Of a DNA stretch of 64,000 nt, positions 18,156 to 32,697 are shown piece after piece. A program made the translations under genes and the position numbers. The notes below the pieces were generated by a model. That model did no database searches, was not told where the DNA came from, and saw nothing but the letters and a program-made list of their open reading frames with translations. Source of the stretch: Escherichia coli (GTDB lineage Bacteria; Pseudomonadota; Gammaproteobacteria; Enterobacterales; Enterobacteriaceae); the NCBI RefSeq assembly GCF_003334355.1, contig NZ_QOWP01000017.1; one strand, 5' to 3'. Each line of letters opens with the position of its first letter. Positions within the stretch are counted from its first letter, which is position 1.

Positions 18156-18449
18156 ATGAATATCGCACAGAAATTAAGAGCAATAAGACAATCGGAAGGG
18201 CTAACTCAAGCAAAATTCAGTGAAATCAGCGGCATAGCGTTAGGAACGCTAAAGAATTACGAAGGAGGCCATCAAGACCCTGGCATCCAAGTTGTGTTGC
18301 AGGTCACCAATGCACCTCAGTTCCAAAAATACACACTATGGCTCATGACAGATAAAACAGCGCCGGAAGCGGGACAAATCGCACCGGCTCTCGCGCACAG
18401 TGGGCCAGAGTCAACAGAATCCAACCACTCCGCGAAAAGGATTGGCTAA
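18156..18449 (+). CDS. C: Immunity repressor C
   Basis: Internal ATG at 18156 gives 97 aa MNIAQKLRAIRQSEGLTQAKFSEISGIALGTLKNYEGG... (HTH), C-terminal half like P2 C as recalled. Confidence 0.8.
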   Translation: MNIAQKLRAIRQSEGLTQAKFSEISGIALGTLKNYEGGHQDPGIQVVLQVTNAPQFQKYTLWLMTDKTAPEAGQIAPALAHSGPESTESNHSAKRIG

Positions 18450-18518
18450 CTCTATATAAAAATTACATTTTCACCATTTGCCACCAAGATGGTGAATACA
18501 GCGCCGGAGGGCTTTCTT

Positions 18519-19499
18519 ATGGCAATTAAGAAGCTCGATGATGGTCGCTATGAAGTGGACATTAGACCTCGCGGTCGCGACGGAAAACGCATCCGCAGGA
18601 AATTTGAAAGAAAAGCTGAAGCACTAGCATTTGAGCGATACACAATCGCCAATGCCAGTCAGAAAGAATGGGGAGGCCAGCGAGCAGACCGCCGAACTTT
18701 GACAGAATTGCTCGACATCTGGTGGAAATACCACGGGCAAAACCACGAGCATGGGACAAAAGAGTTTAATCATCTGCTCAAAACCATCAGCGGCATAGGT
18801 GATATACCAGTGAGTCGGATGAACAAAAGGGCTTTGATGGATTATCGCTCCATGCGACTACGTGATGGCATCAGTGCTGCAACGATAAACCGCGACATGT
18901 ACCGATTATCCGGCATGTTCACAAAATTAATTCAATTGGATGAATTTTCCGGGCAACACCCAATTCACGGACTGCCGCCACTGACGGAGGCTAACCCTGA
19001 AATGACGTTCCTGGAAAAAGCAGAAATCGAAAAACTGCTAAATGTTTTGACTGGTGATGACTTACTTGTCGCGCTTTTATGTCTGAGCACTGGAGGAAGG
19101 TGGACGGAAGTTGCCACACTAAAACCAGCACAGATTACAAGTTGCAGGGTTACCTTCCTGAAAACCAAAAACGGTAAAAAGCGAACAGTGCCGATTTCTG
19201 AGGAACTGGAGAAAAAAGTTAAAGAGGAGGCCAGCGCCAAATTGTTCAAGGTAGATTATGAGAAGTTTTGCGGGATTTTACGCAGAGTGAAACCTGATAT
19301 ACCTCCCAATCAGGCAACCCACATTCTGCGGCATACATTCGCAAGCCATTTCATGATGAATGGGGGCAACATAATTGCACTGCAACAGATTCTGGGGCAT
19401 GCGAGCATTCAGCAGACAATGACCTATGCGCACCTTGCGCCTGACTACCTGCAGAACGCCGTCGCTCTGAATCCACTAAAAGGCGGAGTGACGTTATAA
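18519..19499 (+). CDS. int: Tyrosine integrase (P2 Int family)
   Basis: Internal Met gives MAIKKLDDGRYEVDIRPRGRDGKRIRRKFERK..., like P2 Int N-terminus; C-terminal catalytic region ...HILRHTFASHFMMNGGNIIALQQILGHASIQQTMTYAHL. Confidence 0.9.
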   Translation: MAIKKLDDGRYEVDIRPRGRDGKRIRRKFERKAEALAFERYTIANASQKEWGGQRADRRTLTELLDIWWKYHGQNHEHGTKEFNHLLKTISGIGDIPVSRMNKRALMDYRSMRLRDGISAATINRDMYRLSGMFTKLIQLDEFSGQHPIHGLPPLTEANPEMTFLEKAEIEKLLNVLTGDDLLVALLCLSTGGRWTEVATLKPAQITSCRVTFLKTKNGKKRTVPISEELEKKVKEEASAKLFKVDYEKFCGILRRVKPDIPPNQATHILRHTFASHFMMNGGNIIALQQILGHASIQQTMTYAHLAPDYLQNAVALNPLKGGVTL

Positions 19500-19513
19500 A
19501 TTTCCCCTCTGAG

Positions 19514-19532
19514 TGTCCACATAGTGTCCACA
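19514..19532. promoter_or_regulatory. Integrase arm-type binding sites (two direct TGTGGACA repeats on the minus strand)
   Basis: tgtccaca at 19514..19521 and 19525..19532, 11-bp phasing, just after int stop; TGTGGACA is the P2 Int arm motif from memory. Confidence 0.55.
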
Positions 19533-19617
19533 CTCAAGAAATTTTGAAACCGCTCCAGACCCTTACAGCTTTCGATAAATGACTGTTTTTACTATTGATT
19601 GCATGTAAGTGATTGAT

Positions 19618-19675
19618 AAAAAAAACCCCCACATCATGTGGGGGAAGACAGGGATGGTGTCTATGGCAAGGAAAA
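19618..19675 (-). ncRNA. cpxQ: CpxQ sRNA (cpxP 3-prime UTR-derived) including cpxP terminator
   Basis: Minus-strand sequence uuuuccuugccauagacaccaucccugucuucccccacaugauguggggguuuuuuuu matches CpxQ as recalled; hairpin cccccac/gtggggg plus U8. Confidence 0.65.
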
Positions 19676-19684
19676 CAGGGTTTA

Positions 19685-20185
19685 CTACTGGGAACGTGAG
19701 TTGCTACTACTCAATAGCTTCAACGATGAACTTTTTTGCCATTGCGTCACGTCACGCAACTGCTCCATTCGTTGTTGATGTTTCTCGTTTAAAACCGCTT
19801 GCTGCTCCGGCGTTAACAGGCGATACATTTGGTTGCGGACTTTTGCCATCTCAACCTGACGAGCAATTTGCTCATTCGCCATTTTTTCTGCCTGTGCGCG
19901 CACAGCGTTTTCATCAAAATTTTCTGCGGTGACAAGGCGATGCATTGTCTCCAGTTCGCTAACATTAACAGGAGGCTGTTCGTGCCGGGCCTGTTGCATA
20001 AGATCTCGCATCTGCTGACGCTGATGTTCGGTTAAACTTATGCCGTCGAACATATGGCTCTGCGTACTGCGCTGCGTAAGTTCTTCACCCGGATGCCAGT
20101 TATCGCCTGAACCGACTTCAGCAGCGTGGCTTAATGAACTGACTGCCAGCGTTGAGGCCATGACGGCAGCGGTAACTATGCGCAT
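19685..20185 (-). CDS. cpxP: Periplasmic stress adaptor CpxP
   Basis: ORF track; [36 protein letters not shown]... 166 aa from second Met. Confidence 0.95.
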
Positions 20186-20264
20186 CATTTGCTCCCAAAA
20201 TCTTTCTGTCGCGATTCAACGATAGAGAGTTTACGATTCAGGCTGCAAACATGCGTCAGGGGGT

Positions 20265-20279
20265 GTAAAACAACGTAAA
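20265..20279. promoter_or_regulatory. CpxR box (GTAAA-N5-GTAAA) in cpxP/cpxR divergent promoter region
   Basis: gtaaaacaacgtaaa; consensus from the literature. Confidence 0.7.
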
Positions 20280-20334
20280 GTCATGGATTAGCGACGTCTG
20301 ATGACGTAATTTCTGCCTCGGAGGTATTTAAACA

Positions 20335-21033
20335 ATGAATAAAATCCTGTTAGTTGATGATGACCGAGAGCTGACTTCCCTATTAAAGGAGCTGCTCGAG
20401 ATGGAAGGCTTCAACGTGATTGTTGCCCACGATGGGGAACAGGCGCTTGATCTTCTGGACGACAGCATTGATTTACTTTTGCTTGACGTAATGATGCCGA
20501 AGAAAAATGGTATCGACACATTAAAAGCACTTCGCCAGACACACCAGACGCCTGTCATTATGTTGACGGCGCGCGGCAGTGAACTTGATCGCGTTCTCGG
20601 CCTTGAGCTGGGCGCAGATGACTATCTCCCGAAACCGTTTAATGATCGTGAGCTGGTGGCACGTATTCGCGCGATCCTGCGCCGTTCGCACTGGAGCGAG
20701 CAACAGCAAAACAACGACAACGGTTCACCGACACTGGAAGTTGATGCCTTAGTGCTGAATCCAGGCCGTCAGGAAGCCAGCTTCGACGGGCAAACGCTGG
20801 AGTTAACCGGTACTGAGTTTACCCTGCTCTATTTGCTGGCACAGCATCTGGGTCAGGTGGTTTCCCGTGAACATTTAAGCCAGGAAGTGTTGGGCAAACG
20901 CCTGACGCCTTTCGACCGCGCTATTGATATGCACATTTCCAACCTGCGTCGTAAACTGCCGGATCGTAAAGATGGTCACCCGTGGTTTAAAACCTTGCGT
21001 GGTCGCGGCTATCTGATGGTTTCTGCTTCATGA
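20335..21033 (+). CDS. cpxR: Response regulator CpxR
   Basis: ORF track 232 aa MNKILLVDDDRELTSLLKELLEMEGFNV... Confidence 0.97.
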   Translation: MNKILLVDDDRELTSLLKELLEMEGFNVIVAHDGEQALDLLDDSIDLLLLDVMMPKKNGIDTLKALRQTHQTPVIMLTARGSELDRVLGLELGADDYLPKPFNDRELVARIRAILRRSHWSEQQQNNDNGSPTLEVDALVLNPGRQEASFDGQTLELTGTEFTLLYLLAQHLGQVVSREHLSQEVLGKRLTPFDRAIDMHISNLRRKLPDRKDGHPWFKTLRGRGYLMVSAS

Positions 21034-22403
21034 TAGGCAGCTTAACCGCGCGCATCTTCGCCATCTTCTGGCTGACGCTGGCGCTGGTGTTGATGTTGGT
21101 TTTGATGTTACCCAAGCTCGATTCACGCCAGATGACCGAGCTTCTGGATAGCGAACAGCGTCAGGGGCTGATGATTGAGCAGCATGTCGAAGCGGAGCTG
21201 GCGAACGATCCGCCCAACGATTTAATGTGGTGGCGGCGTCTGTTCCGGGCGATTGATAAGTGGGCACCGCCAGGACAGCGTTTGTTATTGGTGACCACCG
21301 AAGGCCGCGTGATCGGCGCTGAACGCAGCGAAATGCAGATCATTCGTAACTTTATTGGTCAGGCCGATAACGCCGATCATCCGCAGAAGAAAAAGTATGG
21401 CCGCGTGGAACTGGTCGGTCCGTTCTCCGTGCGTGATGGCGAAGATAATTACCAACTTTATCTGATTCGTCCGGCCAGCAGTTCTCAATCCGATTTCATT
21501 AACTTACTGTTTGACCGCCCGCTATTACTGCTGATTGTCACCATGTTGGTCAGTACGCCGCTGCTGTTGTGGTTGGCCTGGAGTCTGGCAAAACCGGCGC
21601 GTAAGCTGAAAAACGCTGCCGATGAAGTTGCCCAGGGAAACTTACGCCAGCACCCGGAACTGGAAGCGGGGCCACAGGAATTCCTTGCCGCAGGTGCCAG
21701 TTTTAACCAGATGGTCACCGCGCTGGAGCGCATGATGACCTCTCAGCAGCGTCTGCTTTCTGATATCTCTCACGAGCTGCGCACCCCGCTGACGCGTCTG
21801 CAACTGGGTACGGCGTTACTGCGCCGTCGTAGCGGTGAAAGCAAGGAACTGGAGCGTATTGAAACCGAAGCGCAACGTCTGGACAGCATGATCAACGATC
21901 TGTTGGTGATGTCACGTAATCAGCAAAAAAACGCGCTGGTTAGCGAAACCATCAAAGCCAACCAGTTGTGGAGTGAAGTGCTGGATAACGCGGCGTTCGA
22001 AGCCGAGCAAATGGGCAAGTCGTTGACAGTTAACTTCCCGCCTGGGCCGTGGCCGCTGTACGGCAATCCGAACGCCCTGGAAAGTGCGCTGGAAAACATT
22101 GTTCGTAATGCTCTGCGTTATTCCCATACGAAGATTGAAGTGGGCTTTGCGGTAGATAAAGACGGTATCACCATTACGGTGGACGACGATGGTCCTGGCG
22201 TTAGCCCGGAAGATCGCGAACAGATTTTCCGTCCGTTCTATCGGACCGATGAAGCACGCGATCGTGAATCTGGCGGTACAGGATTGGGGCTGGCGATTGT
22301 TGAAACCGCCATTCAGCAGCATCGTGGCTGGGTGAAGGCAGAAGACAGCCCGCTGGGCGGTTTACGGCTGGTGATTTGGTTGCCGCTGTATAAGCGGAGT
22401 TAA
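21030..22403 (+). CDS. cpxA: Sensor histidine kinase CpxA
   Basis: ORF track 457 aa; overlaps cpxR stop. Confidence 0.97.
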   Translation: MIGSLTARIFAIFWLTLALVLMLVLMLPKLDSRQMTELLDSEQRQGLMIEQHVEAELANDPPNDLMWWRRLFRAIDKWAPPGQRLLLVTTEGRVIGAERSEMQIIRNFIGQADNADHPQKKKYGRVELVGPFSVRDGEDNYQLYLIRPASSSQSDFINLLFDRPLLLLIVTMLVSTPLLLWLAWSLAKPARKLKNAADEVAQGNLRQHPELEAGPQEFLAAGASFNQMVTALERMMTSQQRLLSDISHELRTPLTRLQLGTALLRRRSGESKELERIETEAQRLDSMINDLLVMSRNQQKNALVSETIKANQLWSEVLDNAAFEAEQMGKSLTVNFPPGPWPLYGNPNALESALENIVRNALRYSHTKIEVGFAVDKDGITITVDDDGPGVSPEDREQIFRPFYRTDEARDRESGGTGLGLAIVETAIQQHRGWVKAEDSPLGGLRLVIWLPLYKRS

Positions 22404-22411
22404 ACTCCGCA

Positions 22412-22505
22412 TTTGTAGGCAGGATAAGGCGTTTACGCCGCATCCGGCATTTGAGCAGGATGCCTGATGCGACGCTGATAGCGTCTTATCAGGCCTACAC
22501 TCCGG
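22412..22505. repeat. REP element pair
   Basis: gcctgatgcgacgctg...cgtcttatcaggcctac type palindromic units after cpxA. Confidence 0.7.
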
Positions 22506-22508
22506 GGG

Positions 22509-23183
22509 TTATTTTCCCCACAACCGCCGTGAAAAATCTTCGATCTTGCCGCTCAGTCGGCGCTTTTGCATCGTTCGCGTCCAGCTTTTCGATAACCCGG
22601 CGGCGGAGAGTAAACGGTGATACTGATCGTCATCAAACGGCATATGCCATGCGATGGCGGCAGCCTCCTGCACGGTCACATCGCTGACACGGGAAACCAA
22701 CTCCAGCGTCGCGTCCGCAGACACTTTCCCTGGCGCTATCACGCTATACAACCACCCCACTTTACCCGTGTTTTGCATCAACTGCGCTATGTCACTGATA
22801 TCAAAATGGTAATTGAGTTTATAGCAAGGCGAGCGCGGCTGACTGACCTGAATTAATGCCTCTCCCCAGCGGAAAATATCGCCCATATAAACATTACTTT
22901 CCGTGAGACCGTCGGTTGAGAGGTTTTCACCAAACGCAGGCGCAACAAACAACTCCGCCTGTTCCGGGAATTCCCGCGCCCAGTAGAGATAATGCTCACG
23001 AGGATAATGACACAGCGCTCTGTCTGGCCCGCCGTGAACCTTTTTCTCCGCCTGCTCGTCACCTTCCAGCCCCAGCTCCGTCAGCATCAACTCACCATCA
23101 ACCTGGATTTTGGCAATTGCGCTGGGTTTGCCTTCGGGATAAGCCTGAATCTTGCCTGTGTATACATCAACCGGATATCGCAT
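22509..23183 (-). CDS. yiiM: MOSC-domain protein YiiM
   Basis: Track ORF; 224 aa from MRYPVDVYTGKIQAYPEGK. Confidence 0.9.
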   Translation of the reverse strand: MRYPVDVYTGKIQAYPEGKPSAIAKIQVDGELMLTELGLEGDEQAEKKVHGGPDRALCHYPREHYLYWAREFPEQAELFVAPAFGENLSTDGLTESNVYMGDIFRWGEALIQVSQPRSPCYKLNYHFDISDIAQLMQNTGKVGWLYSVIAPGKVSADATLELVSRVSDVTVQEAAAIAWHMPFDDDQYHRLLSAAGLSKSWTRTMQKRRLSGKIEDFSRRLWGK

Positions 23184-23331
23184 CTGTTCCCTCTCCACGA
23201 GAAATTTCCCCATTAGACCATATTTATTTTATGTCAGGCGTGCTGTTTTCGCGGTAAGTATCCAGGCAGGAACTCAATAGCAAACCGGACGAACGTTAGT
23301 TCATCCGGCTGTGGGGATTAAGGAAGCAGGT

Positions 23332-24315
23332 TTATTTCACCGTACCTAAAATTTCGATTTTCGCTGCTCTGGCTTTGACTTTACGTGACCAGATAGAGGT
23401 AAGAATTGGCACCAGAATCGAAGTCACAATGACCGCCGTCGCTACCAGCGAAGTTGCTGCCGGAGCCATCGGTTTAAACGCAGGCACCATTTCTGCAATC
23501 AGCACAGGTGTCGCTACCGCGGCCCCTGCGGAACTGGAAGCGGCAATTCCGGCAGTGCCATCGCCACCGCCAATCAATTTATCGGCGATAATCAACGGAA
23601 TACCGGTCACGATAATTACTGCCACACCCAACAGGATCCCCAGCAAACCTGTCTGGGCAATTACAGTCAAATCAATGGTATTGCCCAGCGCGAAGGCAAA
23701 AAATGGAATCAGCGTCTGCACCGCTTTGCTGAAAAATTCTCGTAATTCAGGGTCAAGGTTCCCAAGGGCAAAGCCCACCAGGAACGGTAATACTGCGCCG
23801 ACGAAAACATGCGGTTCAAACGAGGCAATCCCGGCAGTGCCCAGAATAATCATCGTCATGAGCGGCCCGGACTCCAATGACATCAACACAAATGCCCCAG
23901 CTTCTTCTTTTGTGCCGTACTGCTGCATGATGGAAGCGTAAAGTCCGCCGTTGGTCATATCCATCGCCGCCACCAGCGCCAGCGTTGAAAGTCCGGCAAA
24001 GAATCCAACTTCAACACCATGTTCCGGAATAATGCGCGAGGCAATTGCCGCAACCACCCACGCGACGGCAATTTTTGTTACCACCAGCGTACCGGATTTA
24101 CGCAGTACCGTTCCCGTCGCGCTTAATTTTATTGACGCCCCCATGCAAAAAAACCACACCGCCAGAATGGGCACCGTACCGGTAATCATCCCGTTGGTGA
24201 ATGATCCAAAATATTTCCCCGCCCCCGGCGAGAAGGTGTGGCACAGTGCGCCAAGGAATAGCGGGACGAGCATCATCCCCCCCGGGATTTTCTCAATCGA
24301 GCGTTTTATCTGCAT
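23332..24315 (-). CDS. kdgT: 2-keto-3-deoxygluconate permease KdgT
   Basis: Track ORF 330 aa; 327 aa from [24 protein letters not shown]. Confidence 0.93.
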
Positions 24316-24574
24316 TTCCATCACCTGTCGGCATATTTTTAAGGGCTGATGCGTAATTCCTCAATGGAGCATCAGTGTTGATGGAAACGAAGATAGACAT
24401 TCATTTAATCAATAAAAGTGATCAAAACCACATCAATTGAAACACTGTTTTATTTTTATCGGATCATTGTTTTTATTTTGAAATTGATCACAAAAAAACC
24501 ACCGCCGTTGGCGATGGTTCATTTTTTAAGCTGATATGCGGCGTAAACGCCTCATTGCAGCAGGCGGCAAATGA

Positions 24575-25195
24575 TTATTTTTTCGCCGCGAAACGTGCCG
24601 CTGCTTCATCCCAGTTCACCACGTTCCAGAACTCTTTGATGTAGTCCGGACGGCGGTTCTGGAATTTCAGGTAGTAAGCATGTTCCCACACATCCAGGCC
24701 CAGAATCGGGAAGCCGGAAGCGCCAGAAATAGCTTCACCCATCAGCGGAGAATCCTGGTTAGCAGTAGAAACCACCGCCAGTTTATCGCCTTTCAGCACC
24801 AGCCATGCCCAGCCGGAACCAAAGCGGGAAGCTGCCGCTTTTTCAAATTCTGCTTTGAAGTTATCAACGGAGCCGAAGTCACGTTCGATAGCCGCTTTCA
24901 GGTCACCCTGCAGGGTGGTGCCTTTTTTCAGACCTTTCCAGAACAGGCTGTGGTTAGCGTGACCGCCAGCGTTGTTGCGCAGTACGGTTTTCTTGTCTGC
25001 TGGCAGCTGGTCCAGTTTGGTGATCAGCTCTTCAACCGGCAGGTTGGCAAATTCTGGCAGGCTTTCCAGCGCCGCGTTGGCGTTGTTTACGTAGGTCTGA
25101 TGGTGTTTGGTGTGGTGGATTTCCATGGTCTGCTCATCGAAGTGCGGTTCCAGGGCATCGTAAGCATACGGCAGGGATGGCAGGGTATAGCTCAT
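24575..25195 (-). CDS. sodA: Manganese superoxide dismutase SodA
   Basis: 206 aa [38 protein letters not shown]... Confidence 0.97.
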   Translation of the reverse strand: MSYTLPSLPYAYDALEPHFDEQTMEIHHTKHHQTYVNNANAALESLPEFANLPVEELITKLDQLPADKKTVLRNNAGGHANHSLFWKGLKKGTTLQGDLKAAIERDFGSVDNFKAEFEKAAASRFGSGWAWLVLKGDKLAVVSTANQDSPLMGEAISGASGFPILGLDVWEHAYYLKFQNRRPDYIKEFWNVVNWDEAAARFAAKK

Positions 25196-25479
25196 ATTCA
25201 TCTCCAGTATTGTCGGGCGGCCGATTGTTAATGCCGCGTAAGCAGTTGGTTCATTATAGTTAATTAAATGATATTGAAAATGATTATCAATGCCGTACTT
25301 TTCGTAAGGGTATGGTTTTGCAGGAAAATGCCCGAGATGTGAAGCAAATCACCCACTTAATGCCGTGATTGCCAGTAAATCGACAACGGCGGCAACAGGC
25401 GAAAGGTTAATCGACAGCACGATTTTTACACTCATCTCGTCGGAGATGTGAAGCGACGAAAAATGATGAGGATAAGAAG

Positions 25480-26514
25480 ATGAGTAACGCGATTACGATG
25501 GGGATATTTTGGCATTTGATCGGCGCGGCCAGTGCAGCCTGTTTTTACGCTCCGTTCAAAAAAGTAAAAAAATGGTCATGGGAAACCATGTGGTCAGTCG
25601 GTGGGATTGTTTCGTGGATTATTCTGCCGTGGGCCATCAGCGCCCTGTTACTACCGGATTTCTGGGCGTATTACAGCTCGTTTAGTCTCTCTACGCTGCT
25701 GCCTGTTTTTCTGTTCGGCGCTATGTGGGGGATCGGTAATATCAACTATGGCCTGACCATGCGTTATCTCGGCATGTCGATGGGAATTGGCATCGCCATT
25801 GGCATTACGTTGATTGTCGGTACGCTGATGACGCCAATTATCAACGGCAATTTCGATGTGCTGATTAACACCGAAGGCGGACGCATGACGTTGCTCGGCG
25901 TTCTGGTGGCGCTGATTGGCGTAGGGATTGTAACTCGCGCCGGGCAGTTGAAAGAGCGCAAGATGGGCATTAAAGCCGAAGAGTTCAATCTGAAAAAAGG
26001 GCTGGTGCTGGCGGTGATGTGCGGCATTTTCTCTGCCGGGATGTCCTTTGCGATGAACGCCGCAAAACCGATGCATGAAGCCGCTGCCGCACTTGGCGTC
26101 GATCCACTGTATGTCGCTCTGCCAAGCTATGTCATCATCATGGGCGGCGGCGCGATCATCAACCTCGGTTTCTGTTTTATTCGTCTGGCAAAAGTGAAGG
26201 ATTTGTCGCTAAAAGCCGACTTCTCGCTGGCAAAACCGCTGATCACTCACAATGTGTTACTCTCAGCACTGGGCGGGTTGATGTGGTACCTGCAATTCTT
26301 TTTCTATGCCTGGGGCCACGCCCGCATTCCGGCGCAATATGACTACATCAGTTGGATGCTGCATATGAGCTTCTATGTATTGTGCGGCGGTATCGTCGGG
26401 CTGGTGCTGAAAGAGTGGAACAATGCAGGACGCCGTCCGGTAACGGTGTTGAGCCTCGGTTGTGTGGTGATTATTGTCGCCGCTAACATCGTCGGCATCG
26501 GCATGGCGAATTAA
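25480..26514 (+). CDS. rhaT: L-rhamnose-proton symporter RhaT
   Basis: ORF track 344 aa, multi-TM; synteny with rhaRS. Confidence 0.95.
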   Translation: MSNAITMGIFWHLIGAASAACFYAPFKKVKKWSWETMWSVGGIVSWIILPWAISALLLPDFWAYYSSFSLSTLLPVFLFGAMWGIGNINYGLTMRYLGMSMGIGIAIGITLIVGTLMTPIINGNFDVLINTEGGRMTLLGVLVALIGVGIVTRAGQLKERKMGIKAEEFNLKKGLVLAVMCGIFSAGMSFAMNAAKPMHEAAAALGVDPLYVALPSYVIIMGGGAIINLGFCFIRLAKVKDLSLKADFSLAKPLITHNVLLSALGGLMWYLQFFFYAWGHARIPAQYDYISWMLHMSFYVLCGGIVGLVLKEWNNAGRRPVTVLSLGCVVIIVAANIVGIGMAN

Positions 26515-27359
26515 TCTTTCTGCGAATTGAGATGACGCCACTGGCTGGGCGTCATCCCGGTTTCCCGGGTAAACACCACCGAAAAATAGTTACTATCTTC
26601 AAAGCCACATTCGGTCGAAATATCACTGATTAACAGGCGGCTATGCTGGAGAAGATATTGCGCATGACACACTCTGACCTGTCGCAGATATTGATTGATG
26701 GTCATTCCAGTCTGCTGGCGAAATTGCTGACGCAAAACGCGCTCACTGCACGATGCCTCATCACAAAATTTATCCAGCGCAAAGGGACTTTTCAGGCTAG
26801 CCGCCAGCCGGGTAATCAGCTTATCCAGCAACGTTTCGCTGGATGTTGGCGGCAACGAATCACTGGTGTAACGATGGCGATTCAGCAACATCACCAACTG
26901 CCCGAACAGCAACTCAGCCATTTCGTTAGCAAACGACACATGCTGACTACTTTCATGCTCAAGCTGACCGATAACCTGCCGCGCCTGCGCCATCCCCATG
27001 CTACCTAAGCGCCAGTGTGGTTGCCCTGCGCTGGCGTTAAATCCCGGAATCGCCCCCTGCCAGTCAAGATTCAGCTTCAGACGCTCCGGGCAATAAATAA
27101 TATTCTGCAAAACCAGATCGTTAACGGAAGCGTAGGAGTGTTTATCGTCAGCATGAATGTAAAAGAGATCGCCACGGGTAATGCGATAAGGGCGATCGTT
27201 GAGTACATGCAGGCCATTACCGCGCCAGACAATCACCAGCTCACAAAAATCATGTGTATGTTCAGCAAAGACATCTTGCGGATAACGGTCAGCCACAGCG
27301 ACTGCCTGCTGGTCGCTGGCAAAAAAATCATCTTTGAGAAGTTTTAACTGATGCGCCAC
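26511..27359 (-). CDS. rhaR: AraC-family activator RhaR
   Basis: GTG start at 27359 gives 282 aa (M)[37 protein letters not shown]... Confidence 0.9.
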   Translation of the reverse strand: MAHQLKLLKDDFFASDQQAVAVADRYPQDVFAEHTHDFCELVIVWRGNGLHVLNDRPYRITRGDLFYIHADDKHSYASVNDLVLQNIIYCPERLKLNLDWQGAIPGFNASAGQPHWRLGSMGMAQARQVIGQLEHESSQHVSFANEMAELLFGQLVMLLNRHRYTSDSLPPTSSETLLDKLITRLAASLKSPFALDKFCDEASCSERVLRQQFRQQTGMTINQYLRQVRVCHAQYLLQHSRLLISDISTECGFEDSNYFSVVFTRETGMTPSQWRHLNSQKD

Positions 27360-27432
27360 CGTGGCTACCTCGGCCAGAGAACGAAGTTGATTATTCGCAA
27401 TATGGCGTACAAATACGTTGAGAAGATTCGCG

Positions 27433-28269
27433 TTATTGCAGAAAACCATCCCGTCCCTGACGAATATCACGCGGTGACCAGTTAAACTCTCGGCGAAAAA
27501 GCGTCGAAAAGTGGTTACTGTCGCTGAATCCACAGCGATAGGCGATGTCAGTAACGCTGGCCTCGCTGTGGCGTAGCAGATGTCGGGCTTTCATCAGTCG
27601 CAGGCGGTTCAGGTATCGCTGAGGCGTCAGTCCCGTTTGCTGCTTAAGCTGCCGATGTAGCGTACGCAGTGAAAGAGAAAATTGATCCGCCACGGCATCC
27701 CAATTCACCTCATCGGCAAAATGGTCCTCCAGCCAGGCCAGAAGCAAGTTGAGACGTGATGCGCTGTTTTCCAGGTTCTCCTGCAAACTGCTTTTACGCA
27801 GCAAGAGCAGTAATTGCATAAACAAGATCTCGCGACTGGCGGTCGAGGGTAAATCATTTTCCCCTTCCTGCTGTTCCATCTGTGCAACCAGCTGTCGCAC
27901 CTGCTGCAATACGCTGTGGTTAACGCGCCAGTGAGACGGATACTGCCCATCCAGCTCTTGTGGCAGCAACTGATTCAGCCCGGCGAGAAACTGAAATCGA
28001 TCCGGCGAGCGATATAGCACATTGGTCAGACACAGATTATCGGTATGTTCATACAGATGCCGATCATGGTCGCGCACAAAACAGACCGTGCCACCGGTGA
28101 TGGTATAGGGCTGCCCATTAAACACATGAATACCCGTGCCATGTTCGACAATCACAATTTCATGAAAATCATGATGATGTTCAGGAAAATCCGCCTGCGG
28201 GAGCCGGGGTTCTATCGCCACGGACGCGTTACCAGACGGAAAAAAATCCACACTATGTAATACGGTCAT
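27433..28269 (-). CDS. rhaS: AraC-family activator RhaS
   Basis: ORF track 278 aa [39 protein letters not shown]... Confidence 0.95.
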   Translation of the reverse strand: MTVLHSVDFFPSGNASVAIEPRLPQADFPEHHHDFHEIVIVEHGTGIHVFNGQPYTITGGTVCFVRDHDRHLYEHTDNLCLTNVLYRSPDRFQFLAGLNQLLPQELDGQYPSHWRVNHSVLQQVRQLVAQMEQQEGENDLPSTASREILFMQLLLLLRKSSLQENLENSASRLNLLLAWLEDHFADEVNWDAVADQFSLSLRTLHRQLKQQTGLTPQRYLNRLRLMKARHLLRHSEASVTDIAYRCGFSDSNHFSTLFRREFNWSPRDIRQGRDGFLQ

Positions 28270-31282
<3,013 letters not shown>

Positions 31283-31289
31283 ACACTGC

Positions 31290-31520
31290 CGGATGCGGCG
31301 CGAGCGCCTTATCCGGCCTACGGGTCGGCAACAGTTGTAGGCCTGATAAGACGCGACAGCGTCGCATCAGGCATTGATTGCCGGATGCGGCACAAGTGCC
31401 TTATCCGGCCTACAGGTCGGCAATAGTTGTAGGCCTGATAAGACGCGACAGCGTCGCATCAGGCATTGATTGCCGGATGCGGCGCGAGCGCCTTATCCGG
31501 CCTACGGGTCGTGCATCCGA
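31290..31520. repeat. BIME/REP cluster with ~98-bp unit repeated about 2.5 times
   Basis: gccggatgcggcgcgagcgccttatccggcctacgggtcggcaacagttgtaggcctgataagacgcgacagcgtcgcatcaggcattgatt repeated with few substitutions. Confidence 0.85.
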
Positions 31521-31548
31521 CAACACCGAATTTACAGGAACACAGAAC

Positions 31549-32373
31549 ATGCAAAACATTACTCAGTCCTGGTTTGTCCAGGGAATGATCAAAGCCACCA
31601 CCGACGCCTGGCTGAAAGGCTGGGATGAGCGCAACGGCGGCAACCTGACGCTACGCCTGGATGACGCCGATATCGCACCATATCACGACAATTTCCACCA
31701 ACAACCGCGCTATATCCCGCTCAGCCAGCCCATGCCTTTACTGGCAAATACACCGTTTATTGTCACCGGCTCGGGCAAATTCTTCCGTAACGTCCAGCTT
31801 GATCCTGCGGCTAACTTAGGCATCGTAAAAGTCGACAGCGACGGCGCGGGCTACCACATTCTTTGGGGGTTAACCAACGAAGCCGTCCCCACTTCCGAAC
31901 TTCCGGCTCACTTCCTTTCCCACTGCGAGCGCATTAAAGCCACCAACGGCAAAGATCGGGTGATCATGCACTGCCACGCCACCAACCTGATCGCCCTCAC
32001 CTATGTACTTGAAAACGACACCGCGGTCTTCACTCGCCAACTGTGGGAAGGCAGCACCGAGTGTCTGGTGGTATTCCCGGATGGCGTTGGCATTTTGCCG
32101 TGGATGGTGCCCGGCACGGACGAAATCGGCCAGGCGACCGCACAAGAGATGCAAAAACATTCGCTGGTGTTGTGGCCCTTCCACGGCGTCTTCGGCAGCG
32201 GACCGACGCTGGATGAAACCTTCGGTTTAATCGACACCGCAGAAAAATCAGCACAAGTATTAGTGAAGGTTTATTCGATGGGCGGCATGAAACAGACCAT
32301 CAGCCGTGAAGAGTTGATAGCGCTCGGCAAGCGTTTCGGCGTTACGCCACTCGCCAGTGCGCTGGCGCTGTAA
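31549..32373 (+). CDS. rhaD: Rhamnulose-1-phosphate aldolase RhaD
   Basis: Internal ATG at 31549 gives 274 aa [39 protein letters not shown]...; upstream part of track ORF is REP sequence. Confidence 0.95.
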
Positions 32374-32382
32374 GGAGCAAAC

Positions 32383-32697
32383 ATGATCCGCAAAGCCTTT
32401 GTCATGCAGGTAAACCCCGACGCCCACGAAGAGTATCAGCGTCGGCATAATCCCATCTGGCCAGAACTGGAAGCAGTGCTGAAATCTCACGGTGCGCATA
32501 ACTACGCCATCTATCTCGACAAAGCGCGTAATCTGCTGTTTGCCATGGTAGAGATTGAATCTGAAGAACGCTGGAATGCGGTTGCCAGCACTGATGTTTG
32601 CCAACGTTGGTGGAAATATATGACCGATGTTATGCCCGCTAACCCGGATAACAGCCCGGTGAGTCGCGAGCTGCAAGAAGTGTTTTACCTGCCGTAA
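32383..32697 (+). CDS. rhaM: L-rhamnose mutarotase RhaM
   Basis: ORF track 104 aa [37 protein letters not shown]... Confidence 0.95.
   Translation: MIRKAFVMQVNPDAHEEYQRRHNPIWPELEAVLKSHGAHNYAIYLDKARNLLFAMVEIESEERWNAVASTDVCQRWWKYMTDVMPANPDNSPVSRELQEVFYLP

Noticed and set aside
31378-31548. N-terminal extension of the rhaD track ORF (331 aa)
   Set aside because: The extension is translated REP/BIME repeat sequence; the real start is ATG 31549.
31283-31548. CRISPR array hypothesis for the rhaA-rhaD repeat cluster
   Set aside because: The units are palindromic REP sequences with no unique spacers of regular length and no cas genes; classic BIME.
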